A stretch of 64,000 nt of DNA from Paludibacteraceae bacterium (lineage in GTDB: Bacteria; Bacteroidota; Bacteroidia; Bacteroidales; Paludibacteraceae): contig JAZKZF010000023.1 in NCBI GenBank assembly GCA_045612525.1, forward strand, positions 14,097 to 78,096. Direction: 5' to 3'. Shown in pieces: positions 18,691 through 26,657 of this stretch (the first letter of the stretch is position 1; every line of letters begins with the position of its first letter). Both the position numbers and the translations under genes were made by a program. The notes beneath the pieces were generated by a model. That model searched no databases and was not told where the DNA came from. It worked only from the letters and a program-made list of their open reading frames with translations.

Positions 18691-19221
18691 GTGAAAATTT
18701 ATAAGATACGCAAATTTTTAGGGTACTATATACGAGTTGATAGAAAAAATTATCTCCTAGCCCTAATCGGGCAGAAATCTTATAAATCTAATTATTATCG
18801 CTTATTCCGCCCTGTTACGCGGTATTCCGTAATAAATTGCCACCGCTCCTTCGTCGAAACTGGCTTGCAACAATGAACTCACCTTCGTTCGTTAGGGTTG
18901 CCGCCGTTTCTCCTCTCCCCACTCGCTCACGAAGCTCGTGGGGGCCCCGATTGGAGCTCGTCGCTGAATCTTCAGTAAAATGTAGCGGAAGCAAAAACTA
19001 AAATGAGATTAGACAAAATTTTTAACGGCTAATTGGACGAATGGAACGAAGAAATGTTTAAGATAATTTATGTTGTATTTTTAAAACAAAAATACGGCAC
19101 AAGTGCCTACAAAAATATATATAAATCAAGAGATAGATTTTATTGGGGTTGAAAGAATGCGCTAGGCGCATTGGCAACCCACACAAAAAGAAGTTGTACG
19201 CCGAGAAGATAATGCATATTA

Positions 19222-19252
19222 TAAAAAAGAGAGTGCCGTAGCGACACTCTCT
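19222..19252 (-). terminator. intrinsic terminator of surface-protein gene 1
   Basis: On the minus strand, the stem AGAGAGTG/CACTCTCT is followed by a T-run. Confidence 0.7.
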
Positions 19253-19279
19253 AAGAATATAACTTGGAATAATTGCGAA

Positions 19280-20407
19280 TTATTCAATCACTTGACCTTG
19301 AGCGTTGAACTTAACGCCGTCCTTCAGGATAACCAATTGACCGTTCTCGAAGAACTTGGTGACGTTTTGGTTAACGGTTACGTTGTCGATAGCAGAAGGA
19401 GTACTTTCGTCTAAGATATAAATTGCAATAGGTTTTTGAGAAGCACTCGCGTAGCAAGAAAATAATGAACTATTTTGATTATATTGCATTACATTGCGAG
19501 TGTTCGTTCCTTGTGCGACAACAGAAGCCACACCATCTGTGATAGTAATTTCCCATGAAGAATTGTCAGACAACTCTTCTTGAGTTTTTAATTGATTGTT
19601 TGAAGAACTAGCTGCATAGAGATAACCTTCACCTGTATAGAATGCGAATGTGCCATCAATATTTCCTTCTTCAAGAGTCAACACTTGTACTTCGTCGTTG
19701 ATAATAATGGTATTGCCTTTTTTAGTAATAGCAACTTGTCCACGGTTATTATTGTTTTGTGTAGTACTCAATGCCATGTCAGACTCACTTGCAGCGATCA
19801 CCACTTGGTTGCCAATTTGTAAGTCAGCTACATCTGTAACTAAAACGAATACATCACCAGATATGGTAGGTTTATCTTCTTCATCTTCACCTTCGCCTGG
19901 TTGGTCATCACCTGGTTGGTCATCACCTGGTTGGTCTTCGCTTTCTCCATAAGATACAGCAACCGATTTTACATACAAAGCACACTTTGCTGATGACTGA
20001 GTCAACTTAACAACTATTTCACCGGTAGCATTGCCTTCGAATGTATATTCTGTAGCTACATTGGTCAGAGCAACTTCTGCTCCAAATGGATTACCACCAA
20101 CTGTCACATTTAATTTAGCTTTAGTATTTGATGCGCCCGAAGCATTAACTACAATCTTTTTTACAGGTTCAGTGATTTCGTCGGTAGATACTTGTAAGTA
20201 AGAAACCTCTTTTTTACCTGTACCATAGTGAATACCTTTTGTATTATCAAAATTGGATTCTGCGGCATCAGATGTAATAGTCCAAGCATTACCTTTGTCA
20301 TCAGTGCCAGCACCATCACATTGAGCAGTGAAGGTCAAAGTAGCAGTTTCTGCAAAACTCATCAAACTAATGAGCAGTGCGCTTAAAAATAAAGTAAACT
20401 TCTTCAT
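19280..20407 (-). CDS. secreted surface protein 1 (signal peptide, two beta-rich modules, acidic DQPG linker, conserved C-terminal tail)
   Basis: 375 aa. The leader MKKFTLFLSALLISLMSFA and the tail AIDNVTVNQNVTKFFENGQLVILKDGVKFNAQGQVIE are shared with the next gene. There is no lipobox Cys. Confidence 0.8.
   Translation of the reverse strand: MKKFTLFLSALLISLMSFAETATLTFTAQCDGAGTDDKGNAWTITSDAAESNFDNTKGIHYGTGKKEVSYLQVSTDEITEPVKKIVVNASGASNTKAKLNVTVGGNPFGAEVALTNVATEYTFEGNATGEIVVKLTQSSAKCALYVKSVAVSYGESEDQPGDDQPGDDQPGEGEDEEDKPTISGDVFVLVTDVADLQIGNQVVIAASESDMALSTTQNNNNRGQVAITKKGNTIIINDEVQVLTLEEGNIDGTFAFYTGEGYLYAASSSNNQLKTQEELSDNSSWEITITDGVASVVAQGTNTRNVMQYNQNSSLFSCYASASQKPIAIYILDESTPSAIDNVTVNQNVTKFFENGQLVILKDGVKFNAQGQVIE
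19896..19936. repeat. 15-bp tandem repeat CCTGGTTGGTCATCA (2 full copies plus a partial third) encoding (D)DQPG
   Basis: Read directly. It is an in-frame acidic linker repeat, DQPGDDQPGDDQPG. Confidence 0.85.
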
Positions 20408-20467
20408 AATTTTTTATTTAAGTAATTTATAAATTTGATTAAATGAGATACAATCACAATCCGTTTG

Positions 20468-20475
20468 CAAAGGTA
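20468..20475 (-). promoter_or_regulatory. -7 promoter box TACCTTTG for surface-protein gene 1
   Basis: The plus strand reads CAAAGGTA. The surrounding sequence ..GTTTGCAAAGGTA.TGCTTTTTTT is duplicated upstream of gene 2. Confidence 0.6.
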
Positions 20476-20513
20476 ATGCTTTTTTTTTATATATACAAAT
20501 AATCTTACTAATT

Positions 20514-20550
20514 TAGTAAAAAAACAAGGAGCCTAAAATAAGACTCCTTG
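20514..20550 (-). terminator. intrinsic terminator of surface-protein gene 2
   Basis: The stem CAAGGAGTC/GGCTCCTTG has one mismatch and is followed by a T-run on the minus strand. Confidence 0.65.
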
Positions 20551-20577
20551 CAAAATTAGATATTATTCAGTGGAATA

Positions 20578-21669
20578 TTATTCGATCACTTGACCTTGAG
20601 CGTTGTAACGAACGCCGTTTTTGATGATAACCAATTGACCGTTCTCGAAGAACTTGGTGATGTTTTGGTTAACGGTTACGTTGTCAACTGCGGTGGTAGA
20701 AGTAGAAAGAATAGTAACTTGACCATCAGCCATCTCTGGAGTGGTATTGTATTTAGTAAGTTTACCAAACAATTGTACCTTGTCTCCTTTTTTAACAGCC
20801 TCAGATACAAAGCAATAATATGCTTCAAAAACTTTACCACCATCTTCTGTATCTGCAATCCAAAAACTTTGCTTTCCAGATTTCCATTCATAAGTGTCAG
20901 TCACATATCCTACAACTACGTAGGTTAGTTCGGTAGGCACATTGTTTCCGCTCACTGTAAGAGCAATCTCTGCTGCTTCAGCACAAGTTACTTTAGTCGC
21001 TTTAGTGAAAGTTTCGACGGTTACTTCACTGGCATTTTCTCCTTTGTAAGCAATGGCTTTAACAGTAGTGGTTTCAGTTATTTCAAATGACTCAGCATAT
21101 ACAAGACTTGCATTAGTTGGTTCTGTACCATCTGTAGTGTAATAAATAGTCGAACCATCAGCAGCAGTAATAGAAACAGTAGTAGATTCAATAAAATCTG
21201 CATCACCTGCAACTGCTGGTGCAACGACATAGTCATCAGCAACCTCACCGTATGTAACTTTTATTGTTTGGATACGACGATGACCATTAGTTCCATCTAC
21301 AGTGAATTTAACAGACTCAGCAATGCCATTCCAGGTTCCAGAAGCATACGCACCATTATCAGTTGTTATCTGGTTTGAATTATCACCAGTACCAAATGTT
21401 AATTCAATTTTTGTCAACTTACCAGAAGTAGTTGCGATCGTAAAATATCCACCCGCATACACACGTACTGCACTACCAGTATTATAATATTTAGGTGTAT
21501 TTTGATTTGTACCTTTATCCAATGTAACAGAAACAGATTCATCTAAAGTAATAGATAGCACTTCCTCTGCATTTTCATAGCCTTGTGCAGAAAGGTCAAT
21601 ATAAACTTCCTTTGCAAAACTCATTGCGCTAATAAGCAGTGCGCTTAAAAATAAAGTAAACTTTTTCAT
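20578..21669 (-). CDS. secreted surface protein 2 (signal peptide, beta-rich module, FN3-associated TIYYTTDGTEPT module, OB-fold-like module, conserved C-terminal tail)
   Basis: 363 aa. The leader and tail are nearly identical to gene 1, while the passenger region is unrelated to gene 1. Confidence 0.8.
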   Translation of the reverse strand: MKKFTLFLSALLISAMSFAKEVYIDLSAQGYENAEEVLSITLDESVSVTLDKGTNQNTPKYYNTGSAVRVYAGGYFTIATTSGKLTKIELTFGTGDNSNQITTDNGAYASGTWNGIAESVKFTVDGTNGHRRIQTIKVTYGEVADDYVVAPAVAGDADFIESTTVSITAADGSTIYYTTDGTEPTNASLVYAESFEITETTTVKAIAYKGENASEVTVETFTKATKVTCAEAAEIALTVSGNNVPTELTYVVVGYVTDTYEWKSGKQSFWIADTEDGGKVFEAYYCFVSEAVKKGDKVQLFGKLTKYNTTPEMADGQVTILSTSTTAVDNVTVNQNITKFFENGQLVIIKNGVRYNAQGQVIE

Positions 21670-21730
21670 AATTTTTTGTTTTGAATGATTTATAAATTAA
21701 GTTAATTGTTTGTCAATTACAATCTGTTTG

Positions 21731-21738
21731 CAAAGGTA
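21731..21738 (-). promoter_or_regulatory. -7 promoter box TACCTTTG for surface-protein gene 2
   Basis: The plus strand reads CAAAGGTA, in the same context as at 20468. Confidence 0.6.
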
Positions 21739-21780
21739 CTGCTTTTTTTTGATATAAACAAATAATATCTGTTTTTTTTT

Positions 21781-21816
21781 ATAAAAATAAAACAAGGAGC
21801 CGTGGTGGCTCCTTGC
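21781..21816 (-). terminator. intrinsic terminator of surface-protein gene 3
   Basis: A perfect stem CAAGGAGCC/GGCTCCTTG is followed by a T-rich run on the minus strand. Confidence 0.7.
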
Positions 21817-21840
21817 TTTAGAAGATATAATCGAAGTTGA

Positions 21841-24800
21841 TTATTTCACAACAGCACCTTGAGCGTTGTATTGAACGCCGTTCTTGATGATGATCAATTG
21901 ACCGTTAACGATAGCCTTAACAGGAGCAACGGTAGAGTCAATGTTATCAAGAGCAGTTGGAACTTCAGGTTCAACAGTTGGGAAAGTGATAACAAGTGTC
22001 TTAGTTGCATATGTCCAAGTGAAGGTGTAATCACCTGCTTCGTCAACAGAAAGAAGCATATTACCAGAGTTGCCTTCCAAACCAGCTACGTCATTAGCAT
22101 CACGAGTAACATGAGCACCGTTAGCAGTAAATTGTCCATCGACATTGATTCCGAAATCATAGTCGCCTACTGTAGAGATAGTGATAACTACAGAAGCAGT
22201 GGCATTATCATCTGCAAGCACAAGAGGTGTGGTGTTAGCCCATCCATCCCAAGCACCTTTGACAGCAATAGCAGGAAGAACAACTACTTCTTCTAACAAC
22301 TCAGCGGTAGCAGTCACCTCTGCAGTCTCAAGATCGAGTGTAAAGGTCACGTTGTAGCGTCCAGATACAGGAATATTGAGAGTAACATTACCCTTCTCTG
22401 GATAAGTAAACCAAGCCCAACTATGATTCACAGCCACTTTGTATTCGATATTACCAGCAGCAAGGGTCACATTCTCTTTTACAAGGAGATAAGTAGTACC
22501 ATCTGCTTGCTCTACCATGTCGTTAGCAGTATTGCTAGGATCCCATTCTGAGCCAAACAAAGATGTAGATGAACCGGTTACAGTGAAAGGAAGATTACTC
22601 AATTCGTCTGCAGTGTACCATCCGTCTATCATATAGAAGTTGTCAGGAGTCCAAACAAGATCATCTGTTTGATTGTCCTCGCCACCTTGACCATTATTGA
22701 AGATGACATTAGTGATTTCACTTACCGCTGGATAAGCAATGCCATATATATCATAGCCAAAGAAAGTGGTTATTGCTTCTAATTGTATACCTGGCCATCC
22801 ATTGTTGCCATCCTCATTCCAAACGTATACCCAAACCTCGTCCCATTCTTTGGTATTGATGAAGTAAACACTCTCGTAAATATAATCGAAGTTAGCTACA
22901 AGAGCGCAGTCTGCGAGCACTTCGAAAGTATATTCAGCGTCAGTAGAAACCTCTTCACCGCCTACAGTCCAATTAACGAATACGTAACCCTCATTAGCAG
23001 TTGCAGTAAAAGTAGCCTCTGCGCCGTGCTCGAACGAACCTCCACCAGTTACAGTACCAGCCTCAGCAAGGTTAGCAGAAACGGTAACAGTGTATGAAGG
23101 CAAGGTCAATGAAACAATGTAGTTGCTATGGTTGAATTCGTATATTGAATTGTACTTCTTCATTGTACCACAAACTACAACTTGAGAACCAACGACAAGA
23201 TCATCAATAGATGTAAACTGTTCTTGGTTTAATCCTAAACCACCATAGCACTCAAATTTATTACCCTCTTCATCTTGGATCCAATATGTAATATTTCCAT
23301 AGTTATCATTGAAACTCTCTACCTCAGAGATTTCACCTTTTACATATACTTGCTTGGTTAAGTCGCTGGTAACGTTATCAATCAAAGCAATTGCTTCTGC
23401 TACAGTATATGCAGTTTCTGGGGTATTGGAAATATCTACTTTAGGCACAGAGTATGCTTTGTACTCAACCAAATAGCAGCCTGCTCCCAATTCGTATGTT
23501 TCACCATATTTAACTAACTTACCACATGCAACCAATGTGTCACCTGCAACGATGTAATCCTCTGTAAATTGAGTATCACCAGCAGCTTCATAGAATTTGT
23601 AGAATTGGAATCCTCCCTCTAATGTGATAGTATATGTGTTGCTATTACTATAGAATTGTGCGGTTTTTACAACACCTTTTACATATACATCTTGGTCATC
23701 ATAGCAGCCACCGTTATATACCTCAATTGCCTCAGCTTCGGTGTAAGGATTAGCTTGGCTATTGTTCAAAGGAAGTTTGATAGTATATGTAGCAGAAGCG
23801 ACAGAGCTTGTAATCTCACCACTAATTGCAATGGCTTTGATGGTTATTTCACCACATTCATCAAGAACGATAGCTTCTGTATATTCTTCACTATCAGCAG
23901 TAGGAGTAGTACCATCTAATGTATAGTAGATTGTTCCTTCTTCAGCAGAAAGAGTAACCTCTTGAGCTTCGGTATATGTACCTTCTGCAAGTGAGAATGT
24001 AGGAGCATCAAGAGTTGGAACCTCTGGAGTTCCACCAGCTGCAGCGTAAGTAACAGTGATTTTTGTAATACGACATGTTCCTCCAAAGGTAATTGTAACA
24101 GCATTTGCAGAACCTGTCCAATTCTTCGAATCGGTCATTGTACCAACATCTGCAGTATGGGTACCTGCCCAGTTATTGCCATCCGCAGTGAATGCAATTG
24201 CAGTAATCACATAGCCAGCTGGAACAGAGATCTGCATATAATGATCTACGTAAACACGAGTTTGGGAATCATTTACATATAAATTGTTACCGCTTCTGGT
24301 GTGAAGAATACTTATATCATCTTGCTTTCCATATAAGGTTTCTGTTGTATTTGCGTTGGTACCTGTGAAACTTGTACCCCAAAAAGCATTATTTGGGACA
24401 ATCTCGTATGTTCCTGCTGTAATTACATTTTCAGTCACATTAATGGTATAACTATCTGTTACAGTTACCTCATCCTCTGTATATGTAACAGTCACTTCTT
24501 TTTCTCCAGCCGTTGACATGTCAGGAGTAGAAACTGAAGTAGGAGTAACCACTTTAGTTTCATCTTCTTGAGCCACGTCATTCTTGGTTACGCTATAGGT
24601 AGCAGTACAAGTTCCGTCAAATTTGAAAATATCACCTGTTTCATAGTCAGTGGTCGCACCTTCAACAGCAATTGACTTAAGGGTCTTAACGATAACATCA
24701 GGTGTTTCACCAGCTTCATAATAGGTAATTACTGCTTTATTGAAGTAAATTGCACCATTAGCAGAAGAAGGACGAGAAATTTCAATAAGGATATCTCCTG

Positions 24801-25218
24801 TATAGTCGTTAGTGTTTTCAACTGCGAATTCTGTACCTCCAGCAGCAGCAGTCTGACTAGTAAATTTACTTGATTCTCCTAATTTATTGCCACCAATATA
24901 TACTTTAATTGTAACGTTGGTATTGGCTTTAGAAGTTCCCCATACTTGAATTTTTTCAATTTTTTTAGAAGAGTAAGAAGATGTTGATAACTTTAAATAT
25001 GACACTGCTTTACTATTGGTGCCCACTTGAATATATGCCTTGTTACTTGTATAGCTACCATCAGATGTGAGTGACCAACTGCCACCTCCACCATCTGTAA
25101 GTGTACCGTTTGAAGTAACACCGCTAGAAATAGACAATGTCGCTGTCTCTCCCCACGCGTTTGTTACGCCGAGGGCGAGCATCGCAAATAACGCGAAAAA
25201 TAGTTTTAAATGTTTCAT
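21841..25218 (-). CDS. large secreted multidomain surface protein 3 (Ig-like, FN3-associated, two OB-fold-like, InlB-B-repeat-like, CBM25/26-like and two X25/CBM-like modules, related C-terminal tail)
   Basis: 1125 aa from MKHLKLFFALFAMLALGVTNAWG, with the start trimmed from 25281. Module calls rest on recognisable sequence patterns, for example VYFINTKEWDEVWVYVWNEDGNNGWPGIQL...VIFNNGQGGEDNQTDDL (starch-binding-module-like) and GTIYYTLDGTTPT. The tail is VNGQLIIIKNGVQYNAQGAVVK. Confidence 0.8.
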   Translation of the reverse strand: MKHLKLFFALFAMLALGVTNAWGETATLSISSGVTSNGTLTDGGGGSWSLTSDGSYTSNKAYIQVGTNSKAVSYLKLSTSSYSSKKIEKIQVWGTSKANTNVTIKVYIGGNKLGESSKFTSQTAAAGGTEFAVENTNDYTGDILIEISRPSSANGAIYFNKAVITYYEAGETPDVIVKTLKSIAVEGATTDYETGDIFKFDGTCTATYSVTKNDVAQEDETKVVTPTSVSTPDMSTAGEKEVTVTYTEDEVTVTDSYTINVTENVITAGTYEIVPNNAFWGTSFTGTNANTTETLYGKQDDISILHTRSGNNLYVNDSQTRVYVDHYMQISVPAGYVITAIAFTADGNNWAGTHTADVGTMTDSKNWTGSANAVTITFGGTCRITKITVTYAAAGGTPEVPTLDAPTFSLAEGTYTEAQEVTLSAEEGTIYYTLDGTTPTADSEEYTEAIVLDECGEITIKAIAISGEITSSVASATYTIKLPLNNSQANPYTEAEAIEVYNGGCYDDQDVYVKGVVKTAQFYSNSNTYTITLEGGFQFYKFYEAAGDTQFTEDYIVAGDTLVACGKLVKYGETYELGAGCYLVEYKAYSVPKVDISNTPETAYTVAEAIALIDNVTSDLTKQVYVKGEISEVESFNDNYGNITYWIQDEEGNKFECYGGLGLNQEQFTSIDDLVVGSQVVVCGTMKKYNSIYEFNHSNYIVSLTLPSYTVTVSANLAEAGTVTGGGSFEHGAEATFTATANEGYVFVNWTVGGEEVSTDAEYTFEVLADCALVANFDYIYESVYFINTKEWDEVWVYVWNEDGNNGWPGIQLEAITTFFGYDIYGIAYPAVSEITNVIFNNGQGGEDNQTDDLVWTPDNFYMIDGWYTADELSNLPFTVTGSSTSLFGSEWDPSNTANDMVEQADGTTYLLVKENVTLAAGNIEYKVAVNHSWAWFTYPEKGNVTLNIPVSGRYNVTFTLDLETAEVTATAELLEEVVVLPAIAVKGAWDGWANTTPLVLADDNATASVVITISTVGDYDFGINVDGQFTANGAHVTRDANDVAGLEGNSGNMLLSVDEAGDYTFTWTYATKTLVITFPTVEPEVPTALDNIDSTVAPVKAIVNGQLIIIKNGVQYNAQGAVVK

Positions 25219-25501
25219 GATTTTTTGTTTTTTGTTAATAATAAAGTTAATTAATATAAATTGTTGTTCAATTCGTTTCACGTATTTGGCTCTTTATGTT
25301 CGCGAAAGTGGCTAAAGCGAAAGTGGCTTCGCTGGCGCTTTACGAATAAAAAAAGGAAATAATAGATTACCTTACCTATCATTTCCCTATCCTATTTCGC
25401 CCAACAATCCTTACACCCTGTAGTGTAAAAATAATCGGCGATATTTGCAAATATTTGCTTCATCAAAAGAGTGTCTTAACCATTTTTCTGAAATTGCGCT
25501 A

Positions 25502-25509
25502 CAAAGGTA
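25502..25509 (-). promoter_or_regulatory. candidate -7 promoter box TACCTTTG for surface-protein gene 3 (implies a leader of about 280 nt)
   Basis: The plus strand reads CAAAGGTA. A second copy of the box sits in the hairpin loop at 25606-25613. Confidence 0.4.
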
Positions 25510-25600
25510 CAAATAAATTTACACTCCACCAAATTTATGATGTACAATTTGCAAATTTTAATCAAAAAGTACAAAATCATAGTTGTAATATAAGCAAATA

Positions 25601-25620
25601 CCCCCTACAAAGGTAGGGGG
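25601..25620 (-). terminator. GC hairpin CCCCCTAC/GTAGGGGG downstream of the SDR gene (possible terminator)
   Basis: It is an 8-bp perfect stem. The downstream run on the minus strand is only moderately T-rich. Confidence 0.4.
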
Positions 25621-25625
25621 AAAGT

Positions 25626-25707
25626 ATTGGATGGTAATTGAGTGGTAACGGAATGGTAACGAAATGGTAACGTGAAAGAATGTAGAAAGGATGTAGAAAG
25701 AATGTAT
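25626..25707. repeat. short-unit arrays (ATGGTAAC-type x4, then GAATGTAGAAAG-type x2-3) abutting the SDR stop codon
   Basis: Read directly: ..GGATGGTAATTGAGTGGTAACGGAATGGTAACGAAATGGTAACG.. then AATGTAGAAAGGATGTAGAAAGAATGTA. Confidence 0.7.
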
Positions 25708-25709
25708 CC

Positions 25710-26537
25710 TTACTTCTGGAATCTTCCAACCAACTTAATCGCCAAGAATACCAACCAATCAGGCGTATGCTTGAGTAATGGTGTGCAGAGGTGGTTGATC
25801 ACGCCAGGCATATCGGCTTTCTTGCCACGGAACATCTTCTTGAGGGCACGTTTGACGAGTTTCTCAGGTGGGATAGCCACGGTCAAGTTCACCGCTAAGC
25901 GGCGCAAGTGAGGTGCTAAGCCAAAGAGTTCGGTATCTACAGCGCCAGGAGTCATCACAGTGATATGCACACCCTTAGGTTTGAATTCATACCAAAGCGA
26001 CTTGGAGAAATTGTAGATAAATGCCTTGGTGGCATTGTAGGTTTGGATGCCAGGCATAGCCATCCATGCAGACATAGACGACATATTGAGGATATAGCCC
26101 TTTTGGCGTGGTTTGCCACAGAGTTTTTGCGCTTGTTCTTCTGCTGTGAGTTGGCGGTTGATCATCTCCTCGCCAAAGAGGCGGGTGAGTTTGGCCACCG
26201 TGATCATATGCAAGTTGAGCATGAGCTCGATGCGCTTCATGCTGGTCTCGCAATAAGGGTTGAAGAAGAAGACGCCAGCGTTGTTGATGAGGATATCCAC
26301 GACAAGGTGGTTGTCCTTGCAGTATTGGAGCAACTGCTCCGCTGCATCTTGCTTGGAGAGGTCGGCATAGAGAGGAATGGTCTTTACGCCATATTGAGTA
26401 GCGAGGTCAGCAGCCACTTGTTGGAGTTCTGCTTCTTGGTTGCTAACCAACAGCAGATCGGTATGATAATCACGCGCGAGTTGGGTGGCATATTGGAGGC
26501 CAATACCCGATGAGGCGCCTGTTACTAAAGCTAACAT
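25710..26537 (-). CDS. short-chain dehydrogenase/reductase (candidate hydroxysteroid dehydrogenase)
   Basis: 275 aa with the Rossmann motif TGASSGIG and the catalytic motif YNATK. It is the last gene of the reductase operon. Confidence 0.85.
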   Translation of the reverse strand: MLALVTGASSGIGLQYATQLARDYHTDLLLVSNQEAELQQVAADLATQYGVKTIPLYADLSKQDAAEQLLQYCKDNHLVVDILINNAGVFFFNPYCETSMKRIELMLNLHMITVAKLTRLFGEEMINRQLTAEEQAQKLCGKPRQKGYILNMSSMSAWMAMPGIQTYNATKAFIYNFSKSLWYEFKPKGVHITVMTPGAVDTELFGLAPHLRRLAVNLTVAIPPEKLVKRALKKMFRGKKADMPGVINHLCTPLLKHTPDWLVFLAIKLVGRFQK

Positions 26538-26546
26538 ATATTTTTT

Positions 26547-26657
26547 AGTTGAAAGTTTAAAGTGTAAAGTTTAAAGGCAGGGCGGCTATGCCGCAGTACC
26601 TAGCCTATAACCTATAGCGTAGCGTCCTATAGCCTCAAAGAGGCGTCCTATAACCTA
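26547..26657. repeat. composite element: GTTTAAAG-type array / GC core hairpin / inverted CCTATAACC-type array
   Basis: The core AAAGGCAGGGCGGCTATGCCGCA (26573-26595) matches the core at 17294-17316 at 20 of 23 positions. The right end CCTATAACCTA contains the stop codon of the upstream gene. Confidence 0.85.

Noticed and set aside
18664-18876. 70-aa plus-strand ORF in the aminotransferase upstream region
   Set aside because: It overlaps the aminotransferase promoter box and an AT-rich leader, has no promoter box of its own, and has junk-like composition.
19280-25281. Diversity-generating retroelement, shufflon or invertible promoter at the surface-protein locus
   Set aside because: There is no reverse transcriptase or recombinase gene and no inverted repeats bracketing the promoters. 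The differences between the conserved tails are not adenine-specific.
18633-25709. Genomic island or mobile element carrying the surface-protein genes
   Set aside because: I recognised no integrase, transposase, conjugation genes or flanking direct repeats. The only tRNA is 14 kb away. The region may still be accessory, but mobility is unsupported.
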